Origin: an uncultured delta proteobacterium
GTDB taxonomy: Bacteria > Myxococcota_A > Polyangia > Polyangiales > Polyangiaceae
Length of the DNA: 64,000 nucleotides
Assembly (NCBI GenBank): GCA_963716725.1
Contig: CAVQUB010000005.1
Coordinates: forward strand, 64,001 to 128,000
Direction: 5' to 3'
Made by a program: the position numbers and the translations under genes. The notes under the pieces were generated by a model, which had not been told where the DNA came from, did no database searches, and worked only from the letters and a program-made list of their open reading frames with translations. Of the stretch, positions 40,424 through 49,741 are shown one piece after another; position 1 is the stretch's first letter, and every line of letters begins with the position of its first letter.

Positions 40424-40909
40424 ATGGCCAAGGGCAGCCCCGACAAGAAGGATCTCGGCGGCGACCGCGTGGTCAGCAAGAACCGCCGCGCGTTCTTCGA
40501 CTACGAGGTCGCGGACACGATCGAGGCGGGCCTGGTCCTGATCGGCAGCGAAGTGCGGACCCTCCGGGTGCGGGGCTGTGATCTGAGCGACGCTTGGGTG
40601 GACATCCAGAGGGACGAGGCTTGGGTCAAGGGCATGAGCATCCCGCACTTGGCGCACGCGGCCTTCGCCCACGAAGAGAAGCGGAATCGCAAGCTCTTGC
40701 TGCACCGCGAGCAGATCGAGCGACTGCGCGGCGCCAGCGATCGCGACGGCATGACGCTCATCGTCACCAAGTGCTACTTCAAGAACAACCGAGCCAAGCT
40801 CGAGGTGGCCCTCGCGCGCGGCAAGAAGAAGCACGACAAGCGCCAGACCATTCGCGAGCGCGACGCGTCGCGGGAGGCCGCGGTCGCCATCCGACGAGGC
40901 CGCCGGTGA
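40424..40909 (+). CDS. smpB: SsrA-binding protein
   Basis: KNRRAFFDY, EAGLVLIGSEV, RKLLLHREQI, LARGKKKHDKR. Confidence 0.97.
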   Translation: MAKGSPDKKDLGGDRVVSKNRRAFFDYEVADTIEAGLVLIGSEVRTLRVRGCDLSDAWVDIQRDEAWVKGMSIPHLAHAAFAHEEKRNRKLLLHREQIERLRGASDRDGMTLIVTKCYFKNNRAKLEVALARGKKKHDKRQTIRERDASREAAVAIRRGRR

Positions 40910-41157
40910 TCGTCTTTTCGTGGCGGCGCGGCGGTCAGGGTCGGCTGCTCCAGACCGACGGGGATCTGGTCAGCGTGCTCTCGAGTCTCGCCTGCCCACC
41001 GGGCACACCGCTCGAAGGCGATCTCGAGGGATCGATGTTTCGCATCAAGGTTCGCTCGTGTCGAAAGTGCGACGAGGACGCCGAGCTTCCGTTCCGCATC
41101 GAGGGGCGCTTGCAGAACCTCACGCGCGAGCAACGAGCGCGTTTGGTGCGAGGCTGA
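40906..41157 (+). CDS. Small hypothetical protein (83 aa, PilZ-like beta-barrel pattern)
   Basis: GTGA overlap with the smpB stop; SSLACPPGTPL...IKVRSCRK...FRIEGRLQNL. Confidence 0.65.
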   Translation: MIVFSWRRGGQGRLLQTDGDLVSVLSSLACPPGTPLEGDLEGSMFRIKVRSCRKCDEDAELPFRIEGRLQNLTREQRARLVRG

Positions 41158-41174
41158 GCTAGTCTCGCCGGGCC

Positions 41175-42341
41175 ATGCCCCGTCCGCCCCACAGCTCCGC
41201 CGCAACCGCGAGTCTGTCCGATCGCGTCTACGGCGCGCTGCTCGACGAAGCCAAACGCCGCCCTCCGCCGGTGCATTTCCTGAATGTTGGCGACACCTAC
41301 CTCGAGCCGATGCCGGGCGCGCGCGCGGAGGCGCAACGCGCCGCTGACCATCCGAGGCTGCACAACTACGCGGCCGTGCAGGGCGAGGCCGCACTGCTCG
41401 ACGCGGTGGTGGCCCGCCTGGAGCGCGTGCACGGCGCCAAGCTCGAGAGAGAAAACCTGCAAATCATGTCCGGTGCGACCGGCGGGTTCACCGTCGTCGC
41501 CACCGCGCTGCTCGAGCCCGGCGACGAAGTGGTGCTGCTCTCGCCCTTCTGGCCGCTGATCCGCGGCATCGTGGCGTCGCGCTCGGCGACCGCGGTCGAG
41601 CTGCCGCTCTACACGCGACTCGACGAGCCCGGGTTCGATGTGGAAGCGGCCCTCGAGGCGGTCATCACGCCGCGCACCGTCGCGGTCTACGTGAATACGC
41701 CCAACAACCCCACCGGCCGTGTGCTCGCGGATGACGTCGTGGGCGCGATTGCCCGCGTCGTGAACCGCCACAACCTCTGGCTCTGGTGCGACGAGGCCTA
41801 CGAGGAGCTCTGGTACGGAGCCGCGCGGCCGTCGGCAATCTGGGCGCGCGCTGATCTGCGCGAGCGCGCCGTCGCGTGTCACACGCTGTCGAAGAGCTAC
41901 GCGCTTGCAGGTGCGCGCCTGGGCTTCACCCATGGACCGGCCAGCGTCATGCCGGCGATCCGCGGGGCGCAGACCTTCCTGACCTACTGCGCGCCGCGGC
42001 CCCTCCAGTTCGGGGGCGCCCACGCGCTCGCTGAGGGCGACGCCTGGCTCGAGAGCACGCGTCGGCTCTACGCCGTGGCTTCGCGCCGAGCGGCGGAGGC
42101 GCTGCGCCTGCCGCCCCCGGAGGGCGGCACCTTCTTGTTCTTCGACGCGCGCTCTCTCTTCCGCGACGGCGAAGACATCCACGGCTTCCTCGCGCGCTGC
42201 TTGGACGCCGGCGTGCTGCTCACTCCCGGAGCCGCGTCGGGCCGGGATTTCGAGAGCTGGGTTCGCCTCTGCTACACCGCGGTGGCGCCCGGTGAGCTCG
42301 ACGACGCGCTCGAGCGACTGGCGAAGGTCGTGCGTGAATAG
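41175..42341 (+). CDS. PLP-dependent aminotransferase, class I/II
   Basis: NTPNNPTG, DEAY, TLSKSYALAGARLG, VRLCY. Confidence 0.93.
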   Translation: MPRPPHSSAATASLSDRVYGALLDEAKRRPPPVHFLNVGDTYLEPMPGARAEAQRAADHPRLHNYAAVQGEAALLDAVVARLERVHGAKLERENLQIMSGATGGFTVVATALLEPGDEVVLLSPFWPLIRGIVASRSATAVELPLYTRLDEPGFDVEAALEAVITPRTVAVYVNTPNNPTGRVLADDVVGAIARVVNRHNLWLWCDEAYEELWYGAARPSAIWARADLRERAVACHTLSKSYALAGARLGFTHGPASVMPAIRGAQTFLTYCAPRPLQFGGAHALAEGDAWLESTRRLYAVASRRAAEALRLPPPEGGTFLFFDARSLFRDGEDIHGFLARCLDAGVLLTPGAASGRDFESWVRLCYTAVAPGELDDALERLAKVVRE

Positions 42342-42426
42342 CGGGCGGTCGTCCGCTTCGACTTGACACCGCGCCGGGTGACAGCCAGGGTTCGGCCGAC
42401 GGGCCGGCCCCGGAGGGAGAACGCTG

Positions 42427-43623
42427 ATGAACAGGGCAACGGGACTCGCTTGGGGTGTGGCGCTCGCCGCCATCGCGGCGGCGTGCAGCGCGAGCAGCGG
42501 TGGTGACGATCCGCCGGGTGGTGGTGGCGGTGGCGGAGGTGGCGGCCAGGCCGGCAGCGGCGGCGCCACCACCGGTGGGACTTCGTCGGGGGGCGGCAAC
42601 TCTGGAAGCGGCGGCTTCGTGATCGACAGCGGCAGCGGCGGCGATGGCAGCGGTGGCTTCGCCGGTGACGCCTGCGCGACGACCTCGGGCAAGGCCGCGG
42701 AGCCGACGGTGCTGCCCGCCGACATCATCTGGGCGGTGGATCAGTCCGGGAGCATGAACCAAGAGACGGCCTACGTTCAGAGCAAGATCAACGACTTTGC
42801 CAAGGCTATCGGCGCCACCAACATCGACTACCGCGTGGTCATGATCGCCGCGACCTCCGGAGGAAACGCGATCTGTGTGCCGGCCCCGCTCTCCGGCGGT
42901 AGCTGCGGCAACGGCCCGCGTTTCCGCCTGGTCGATCAGAAGGTCGACAGCAACGACGCGCTCAATCAGATCATCAACCAGTACCCCAAGTACTCCGACT
43001 TCTTGCGCCCCAACGCCACGAAGCACTTCGTCGTGGTGACCGACGACAACGCCACCGATGGCCCGAACAAGTCGGCCGCCGCGTTCACCGCTTCGCTGGG
43101 CGGTCTCCAGCCCGCGGGCATGTTCTCCAAATGGGTGTTCCACTCCGTCTACGCGTTCGGATCGGTGCCCGTGTTCGGCTGCATCGGAGCGTTCGGGACA
43201 GGAGCCGCCTTCGGTGCCGTGTACGACGCGCTGGTCAAGCAGACGGGCGGAGCGCAGGGTGAAATCTGCCTCGGCGACTGGACGGCGGTCTTCAACGCCA
43301 TCAATAAGGCTGTGGTTGTCAGCTCCAAGGTGGCCTGCGAGTACGACGTGCCCGCGCCGGATCCGGGCCAGACATTGGATCCGAACAAGGTCAACGTGGA
43401 CTACCTGCCCAACGGACAGCAGCCCTCGAACCCGATCTTCCGTGTCAACGACCTCGCCGGGTGTTCGTCGGGCGCGAACCAGGGAGGGTGGTACTTCGAC
43501 AACAACGCGAGTCCGAAGAAGATCCACCTGTGTCCGCAGACCTGCGCCGCCGTTCAATCCGACCCGAACGCGGTCATCGACGTGAGATTTGGCTGCGAGA
43601 GCGTGTTCAAGCCACCGGCCTGA
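42427..43623 (+). CDS. VWA-domain lipoprotein (myxobacterial type)
   Basis: GGAGGGAG SD; AAAC lipobox; DQSGS MIDAS; VVVTDD; C-terminal DPNKVNV...GWYFD...LCPQTC. Confidence 0.85.
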   Translation: MNRATGLAWGVALAAIAAACSASSGGDDPPGGGGGGGGGGQAGSGGATTGGTSSGGGNSGSGGFVIDSGSGGDGSGGFAGDACATTSGKAAEPTVLPADIIWAVDQSGSMNQETAYVQSKINDFAKAIGATNIDYRVVMIAATSGGNAICVPAPLSGGSCGNGPRFRLVDQKVDSNDALNQIINQYPKYSDFLRPNATKHFVVVTDDNATDGPNKSAAAFTASLGGLQPAGMFSKWVFHSVYAFGSVPVFGCIGAFGTGAAFGAVYDALVKQTGGAQGEICLGDWTAVFNAINKAVVVSSKVACEYDVPAPDPGQTLDPNKVNVDYLPNGQQPSNPIFRVNDLAGCSSGANQGGWYFDNNASPKKIHLCPQTCAAVQSDPNAVIDVRFGCESVFKPPA

Positions 43624-43630
43624 GAGGCCG

Positions 43631-44581
43631 TCACAATCGGCCGAGGGCGTCCAGGGTGAACCCCGCCGTCAGGCCCAGCCAAACGCCGCCGAGTCGGTGA
43701 GGCTCTCCAGCGTCGTCGATGACGGGCATTCGTCTGAGCGCGGCACCGACCTCTGGACCCACGCTCAGCCGCAGGTGTCGGCCGAGGCTGGGTTCGAGTC
43801 GCAGGCGCGCGACGGCTCGCGATGACCACGTGTCGAGCAGCCCGGGATCGCCGTCCACCGCGGACACGCCGGTGAAGTGAACCGCGGACGCCGACGCCAA
43901 CATGCCGACGGCGAGCTGGGTCCTCGACGAGATCGAGAACGCGTGTTCGGGAGCGATCGCCAGCTCGAGCCAGCGGACGCTGGGATTGCCGCTCATGGGC
44001 GGCGCCGCGCCGAAGAGCCAGTTCACGCCGATCCCGAGGCGACTTCCCGAGTGGAGCCGGCCCTCCATCGAGAGCCCGGGCCCGGAGAGCCACATGGCGT
44101 CGCCGCCCACAGCGGCCGCGGTGACGCGCGCTTCGAACAGCACCGCGGGCCACATCGAGAGCTCGGACAAGCGTTCGCGATCGCGATCGCGCTGGGCCCG
44201 CTCGGCCTCGAAGGCTCGAGCCTCGACCAGGCGCCGTTGCTTCAGGTCCCGAACCAGAGCGGCGGATGCCAACGCGATGCGCCGTGCGAGCAACTCTTTG
44301 ACGTCCCGAGAGTCGAGACGACGTGCCCCGTAAAAGCCGCCCTTGTCCCAGAGCTCCACGCGCAGCGCGTCCGGTGAGGTGGCGAGCACCCGGAAGTAGA
44401 CGGTGGGGCGCTTCTCGCTCTTGTCACCGCTGCGCAGCGGAACCTCGGCGTCGGACAGCTCGATCTCGACCAGCCGACGCGTGAGGCGCGAATCGAGGTA
44501 GCGCTCCGCCTTGGCGCTGATCTCGACGATCACGCGCGGTCGGACCTGCGCCTCGGCGATCCGGGGCAGCGTGAGCAGCAC
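43631..44581 (-). CDS. Exported hypothetical protein with probable C-terminal beta-barrel (start uncertain)
   Basis: AEA-Q cleavage site; terminal strand GVWLGLTAGFTL; third gene of the ECF operon. Confidence 0.7.
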   Translation of the reverse strand: MLLTLPRIAEAQVRPRVIVEISAKAERYLDSRLTRRLVEIELSDAEVPLRSGDKSEKRPTVYFRVLATSPDALRVELWDKGGFYGARRLDSRDVKELLARRIALASAALVRDLKQRRLVEARAFEAERAQRDRDRERLSELSMWPAVLFEARVTAAAVGGDAMWLSGPGLSMEGRLHSGSRLGIGVNWLFGAAPPMSGNPSVRWLELAIAPEHAFSISSRTQLAVGMLASASAVHFTGVSAVDGDPGLLDTWSSRAVARLRLEPSLGRHLRLSVGPEVGAALRRMPVIDDAGEPHRLGGVWLGLTAGFTLDALGRL

Positions 44582-44597
44582 GAGCCCGACGAGGGCG

Positions 44598-45626
44598 CTA
44601 CTTGCTCGGAGCGCCCTTCGACTTGGGCTTCTGCTGGCTCTCGTCGTCGACCTCGTCGAAGGGAGTTTCGTCGTCCCCCGCGCCGGCGTCGACCGCGGCT
44701 GCTCCGGCATCGACACCGGCGAGCTTGCCGACGCGGGTGCGGAGATCGCCGAGGCGGCGACCGCTGGGGAAGTCCTTCGCATACTGTTCGACGAGCTGCT
44801 TGGCTTGTTCGACGTTGCCCTGGGCGATGGCCGCATCGACCTGACGCGCCAGCGCATCTTCCGCGAAGTCCCCCTTCGGAGACAAGGCTCGATACGCCGC
44901 GTAGGCCTTGGCCGCGCCGGCTCGGTCACCGGCCTTTTCGAGCATGTCTCCCAGCGTGTACGCTGCCAGGGCGGCACGCGGGTCGCTCGGGTGCTTCTCG
45001 ACGACCGAGCGCAGGGCCTTGATGGCGGCGCCTCGCTGGCCGTTCGCGCGAGCCACGTCCACCAGGCTCATCAACTGAGCGGCGCCAGTTGCCTTGCCCA
45101 CGACGGCATCGAAGCCCCCGTGGCGCTCCACTGCCTGCCAGGCCGCGGGGTAGTCGTAGCGCTCCGCCAGCGACTGCCACTCGGGCGACGCGGCGACCGG
45201 CGGCAGGCTCGCTGTTGGAGGGGCGGGTTCGTCCGGGCCGGCCGCGGGCTCGCCATGACCGAGCGGCGAGCCGGGTGGCGACGCGGACTTCTTCTCTTTG
45301 TCCAGCTGCGGCTCGTCCGGCGCCGCCGGCTCGTGCGCCAGGGGGGCCTGACCCGGGCGGGCATTGTCGTCCCCCGCGAGTGCCGGTTCGGCCGCCACCG
45401 AGGTGTCCACCGGCGCGGGACGGAACCAACGCGCGCCGACGAACACGCCGGAGCCGAAGACGATGACCGCAGCGGTGGGCGCCCAGAGCCAGGCGTGCCA
45501 CCGGGGGCGCGACGTCAGCTGAAGGTCACCTTCGATGCGCTGCCAGACGCGGTCGATGCGCTCTTCGCTGCCATGGTCACGAAGAGCGGTGGGCGGGACT
45601 TCGGGCAGGTTCTTGTTGGTGCTCAT
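44598..45626 (-). CDS. Putative transmembrane anti-sigma factor with periplasmic TPR
   Basis: Short N-terminus, TM, Pro linker, TPR helices (AAYTLG...YRALSPKG...YAKDFPSG); ATGA overlap with the sigma gene. Confidence 0.8.
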   Translation of the reverse strand: MSTNKNLPEVPPTALRDHGSEERIDRVWQRIEGDLQLTSRPRWHAWLWAPTAAVIVFGSGVFVGARWFRPAPVDTSVAAEPALAGDDNARPGQAPLAHEPAAPDEPQLDKEKKSASPPGSPLGHGEPAAGPDEPAPPTASLPPVAASPEWQSLAERYDYPAAWQAVERHGGFDAVVGKATGAAQLMSLVDVARANGQRGAAIKALRSVVEKHPSDPRAALAAYTLGDMLEKAGDRAGAAKAYAAYRALSPKGDFAEDALARQVDAAIAQGNVEQAKQLVEQYAKDFPSGRRLGDLRTRVGKLAGVDAGAAAVDAGAGDDETPFDEVDDESQQKPKSKGAPSK

Positions 45627-46273
45627 GGCTGTTCCTCCGCGAAGGGAGGTACGAAGTGTGACGTCAGGTAGTTCTGCGCGCGGGTGAGGCGCCGCTTGAC
45701 GGTGGCCAGCGAGCAGCCCGCGAGATCGGCGACGACCTCGAGTCGATGACGCTCGATGTGGCGGAGCGTCCAGGCGATGCGATCATCCGCCGGGAGTGTG
45801 TGCAACAGCGCGTAGACCTGGGCAAGCTGGGCTCGGATCTCTGGGCTGGCGTCCGGGGCGGCAATGGAGTCGAGATCCACAGGCTCGACGCTGGCGACGC
45901 CAAGGGCGGACAAAAGGCGCCGGCGACGCATGCGGCTACGCACCAAGCGCACCACGATCGAACCGAGCCACGAGCGGAAGAGCGAGGGCTCACGCAGCTC
46001 TGCGAGGCGCTGGTACGCGCGGATGAAGGCATCGTGCACGATGTCTTCCACGTCGCCGGAGTTGCCTTGGATTCGAGCCGCGACGTTCAGCGCGAAACCC
46101 GCGTGTCGTCGGTAGAGCGACTCGAAGGCGCTGGCGTGACCGTCCCGCGCGAGCGACACCAGGGAGGCGTCGTCCAGGGCCGAGGCGGAGTTTGGCTGAG
46201 GGCGCGCCCCGTCGGCCGAAGCGGTTGTCCCCCCGACCAAGCGAAGCCGCGCGTTATTTCGGGAGCTCGTCAT
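45623..46273 (-). CDS. ECF RNA polymerase sigma factor
   Basis: AFESLYRRH, DVEDIVHDAF, FRSWL, LPADDR, CSLATVKRRL (sigma regions 2 and 4). Confidence 0.92.
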   Translation of the reverse strand: MTSSRNNARLRLVGGTTASADGARPQPNSASALDDASLVSLARDGHASAFESLYRRHAGFALNVAARIQGNSGDVEDIVHDAFIRAYQRLAELREPSLFRSWLGSIVVRLVRSRMRRRRLLSALGVASVEPVDLDSIAAPDASPEIRAQLAQVYALLHTLPADDRIAWTLRHIERHRLEVVADLAGCSLATVKRRLTRAQNYLTSHFVPPFAEEQP

Positions 46274-46299
46274 TCGAGGTGGATCGCCGTCTCGATCAT

Positions 46300-46326
46300 G
46301 ACGCCGTTCGAGACCGTTTCGGCTCA
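46300..46326 (-). promoter_or_regulatory. Candidate autoregulated ECF promoter TGAGCC-N17-CGTC
   Basis: Read on the minus strand, about 26 nt upstream of ATG 46273. Confidence 0.5.
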
Positions 46327-46469
46327 AGATTTCCCGCCGAGCGCGGCCCTGACGCGGTGCGTGTGTTCAGTGAGGCGCATTTCCCTTGAACCCACCGCCG
46401 ATTGTGGGGAGTCTGCCGGCGGTTCGCTTCGGGGAGAAACTCGACGGACCCACCAGGAGGACTCTGCAA

Positions 46470-46679
46470 ATGAACATCGGCAAGGTAATGGCTTTCGGCA
46501 TGATCGCGGCTCTGGCTTCCTTTGGCGTCGCGTGCGGCGGCGGCGAGGTTCCGGAGGCGAAGGCCCCGGAGACCCCCGAGGTGAAGGCCCCGGAGACCCC
46601 CGAGACGCCCGAGACGCCCGAAGCTCCGGCCGGCGGCGAAGAGAAGCCCGCCGAGGGTGCAGCCGAAGAAGGCAAGTGA
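46470..46679 (+). CDS. Small acidic disordered lipoprotein (69 aa, PET/KAPE repeats)
   Basis: AGGAGG SD; GVAC lipobox; followed by a terminator. Confidence 0.85.
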   Translation: MNIGKVMAFGMIAALASFGVACGGGEVPEAKAPETPEVKAPETPETPETPEAPAGGEEKPAEGAAEEGK

Positions 46680-46728
46680 GCCGATCGGGCTGAGCCGGGC
46701 TGTGCTCGGTTCTCCCCAGGTTCCGCGG

Positions 46729-46760
46729 GAAGGACGGCGAGCGCCGTCCTTTCTGCGTTT
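46729..46760 (+). terminator. Rho-independent terminator
   Basis: AGGACGGC-GAGC-GCCGTCCT-TTCTGCGTTT. Confidence 0.65.
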
Positions 46761-46781
46761 GGCCCCACCGAGTGCGGCCGC

Positions 46782-48215
46782 TCAGCCCGCCGACGGCGAG
46801 AGATCGACGACCAGCCGCGTGCGACCGACGACGATCTCGTCGCCCTGCTCGAGTTCTTGCTGACCTCTGATGCGCACGAACACGCCGGTGCGGGAGCTCA
46901 GGTCGGTGAGGTACACGCTCCCGGCCTGCTCTTCGATCAGGCAGTGCTGCGAGCCAACCAGTGGATCGTCCGGGAACACCAGATCGCCGATGGCGGAGCC
47001 AATCTGAAGCGTGTTGCCGCGTGATACGACGCAGGCGCCGACGACCCCGCCCACGAAGACCTGAACGACGCGGAACGACGAGGGCCACTTCGGGGACGAG
47101 TAGAAATAAGTCGGTGCGGGATCCGGGCCATCGTCGGGCGTCGGGTTCTTCTCCATCCTGAGGAGCTGATCGCCGATCACGAACTCGTCACCGAACTCGA
47201 GCTCGATGGGCGTACGGATGCGAAGGAAGACCCCGTTGCCACGACCGAGGTCCTGCAGCCAGAGGCGCCCGTCCTTGTGGATGAGCATGGCCTCGCGGGA
47301 ATGACAGAACACTTCGCCCGAGAGTGCGACCTCGCCCTCGCGACCGATCAGCGCCTCGGTGCCAAAGGGCTCGAAGCGCTCCGGCCCGCCCCACAGACTT
47401 CGCAGCACGTGGAGGCGGAAGTACTGCCGAGAAGCCGGCGGCGGCTCCGGACGCGGAACGGATGGTCTGGGCGACGGCTGGGTCGGCGGCGGCGGCTCGA
47501 ACACCGGCGGCGGAGGCATCGGTGCCTCGGCGACCGCGGCTTGCCCGGCCTCGGCGCGCGCTTCCTTCTTGCTGGCGAGCTTCTTGACGTTCTCGACGTT
47601 CGGCGGCTCCGTCAGCAGCGAGACGCCACCAATCTCCTGACCCGCGAGGATCTTCGCGAAGCGACCCTCACGCAGCATCAGCACCATCTCCAGGTGCTGG
47701 CCTTTCATCAGCTGCTTGACGTAGTCGGCGATGTCCGACCGCGACACCTGCTCGTGGTAGTCGCGCTTGTGACTCTTGATGACGCGGCCACCGTCGGCGA
47801 AGAGGTGCGTGATGATATGCGGCGCGTCGAGGCCTGAGTCCTCCGTTTGTACGTGAAAGACCTGCTCCTGGAACTTGATGTTGTTGTTGAACCCCATCTG
47901 CGCGCGGCGAAAGCTCGGCCGCCGCGCTTCGGTATCCAGCCGCGCGACCTCGGCCGCGCTGTAGTGCGCGATGACGGCGTCCAGATCCGCGTGGTCTCCC
48001 GGCACGCCCTCCATGCGCTCGAAGGCCTGCTGCGCGACGCGCGCGCTGGGATCGACGCGCAGCGCCTCGGCGAGCAGTTGCTGCCCTTCGCTGTCGTTGG
48101 GGCCCGCCGCGGCCCACGCGGCGAGCAGCGACACAGCTTCGTCCGGTCGCCCTTTGTCGACGAGCCACTTGGCCACCCGGCAAGCGGCAGCGCGGGTCTC
48201 GGCGACGTCGGTCAT
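46782..48215 (-). CDS. Dual FHA-domain protein with N-terminal TPR-like and myxobacterial 'HVQTEDSG' domains
   Basis: IGREG...LQDLGRGNGVF and IGSAIGD...HC...LTDLSSRTGVF; GFNNNI...HVQTEDSG...THLF. Confidence 0.85.
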   Translation of the reverse strand: MTDVAETRAAACRVAKWLVDKGRPDEAVSLLAAWAAAGPNDSEGQQLLAEALRVDPSARVAQQAFERMEGVPGDHADLDAVIAHYSAAEVARLDTEARRPSFRRAQMGFNNNIKFQEQVFHVQTEDSGLDAPHIITHLFADGGRVIKSHKRDYHEQVSRSDIADYVKQLMKGQHLEMVLMLREGRFAKILAGQEIGGVSLLTEPPNVENVKKLASKKEARAEAGQAAVAEAPMPPPPVFEPPPPTQPSPRPSVPRPEPPPASRQYFRLHVLRSLWGGPERFEPFGTEALIGREGEVALSGEVFCHSREAMLIHKDGRLWLQDLGRGNGVFLRIRTPIELEFGDEFVIGDQLLRMEKNPTPDDGPDPAPTYFYSSPKWPSSFRVVQVFVGGVVGACVVSRGNTLQIGSAIGDLVFPDDPLVGSQHCLIEEQAGSVYLTDLSSRTGVFVRIRGQQELEQGDEIVVGRTRLVVDLSPSAG

Positions 48216-48237
48216 CGACGCAATAATCGGTATGTTA

Positions 48238-49712
48238 CTAGGGGGAAAGCAAGGGGATTCCCGCTGCCGTCCAACGGATCTCGGTCCCATCGACGCGGAT
48301 CGAGCGGTCGCCAGGCCTGGGCTCGGGAACCAGCAGGAACCCCCCTGGCAGGTGGCTGTACGCGAAAAACTCCGCGCGCACTTGCCGCCGCAGCCGGGAG
48401 TCATCGCCCCGCACCTCCAGCGTCCGCGGCTGGCCGCGCGGGCGTTTTTCGAACTCGACTCGTGACCCCGGAGTCGCCCCACCCCGCCCGTCCAGGGACA
48501 CCATCCACATCGGCTCACCGCCGGCGCCCGGCGCCTCGTCCGCCGTGGTCCCGTTCACGTGGCCAATCCGGTCGAACAGCGCCCGCCAGGTGTAGTCGCT
48601 GACCCAAGCGGGCTCGCAGTAGCCCATGAAGTCCCAGGCCTGGTCGGGTCCGAAGAGCGTGCCTGTCTTCAGGTCGTAGCCCCACGCGCCAATCGCGCCG
48701 CCCGCGTGAGGGAATTCTGGATCGACGTTTTGGATGAAGCCCAAAGGAGCGCAGGGCGCATGCAGCCGTCCGTGGGCGTGTCCGATCTCGTGCGTCAGCG
48801 TCTCCGAGAATTGCTTGCCGGCGAAGCCCAGACCGACGGCGCCACGCGCGAACTCGCTATCGGGGTCGGCTTGAGGCGTCGAGAGACCGAGCACGCAGAC
48901 GGGGTTGTCTGCGCAGTAGAGCTCGAAGCTAGGGCTCGGCGCGACCAGCCCGTAGTAGTACTCGCTCGCTTCCGCCAACCCGTCGGTACGGTCTTGGTTG
49001 CGGCGCATCAACAGGAGTTGCAGGACCTCGCCCCAGCCCTCGCCGCTCGGCGACACCACGCCGTTGAACGCGACCGGATCGTGGACTCGATCTCGACCTT
49101 GGGAGTGGGGTAGCGGGACCGTAGCGCTTCGCGATGGGAGGCCACCTGCTCGCTGCCGAGCTGAGGAAGTCTGCCCGAGGCGTCGGCGTGATAGAGCAGA
49201 GGCACGAGCACGATCCGGAGCGCGGCGCCGCTGCTCTTGGCTCCGAACGAGGCTCGCCCGTGGGCCGGACGGACCGCGTTCGGGGACGCGGGACCCAGGC
49301 GTATCCCCGAGGCTTCGTGCAGGGAAATGCCGAAGCGCGAGTCGGCATCGAGCATCGCGCCCGGTAGCTCGAAGTTGAACGTGGTCGAGAGATCGCCGTC
49401 CACCGACCCGCCCCCAACCCACCGCCGCGCGTGAATTGGCGGTGATTCGCCCTGGCCCGTCTCGAGCCCGAGCTCCGCCACGACCTCGCGGGGCGACCAG
49501 TCGGATTCGGGCACGACCGAGACACGCACGAGCCCCGGTCGCCCGCTGACCACCGGCACGTCCGTGTCGACCGTGAGCGGCACTTCGACGGCTTGGTTGA
49601 TCGAGATCTTGGAGACGGAGAGCCCGCTGACCAAGGGCAGGCCTCCGGCGTCGGCGTCGATGCTGGGCGCGCAACCCAGCGCGAGCAGAGCTGGAACGAG
49701 GTGACGGCTCAC
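48238..49712 (-). pseudogene. Lipoprotein zinc metalloprotease (metzincin, M66-like) with a -1 frameshift at about 49086
   Basis: ALGC lipobox; HEIGHAHGRLHAPC, WGYD, DFMGYC Met-turn; adding one G restores ...KVEIEVHDP... Confidence 0.8.
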
Positions 49713-49741
49713 GGCGAGCCGATCAGCCTATCACTCGATGA

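Noticed and set aside
40326..41174. tmRNA (ssrA) near smpB
   Set aside because: No room and no tRNA-like GGGG...CCACCA ends
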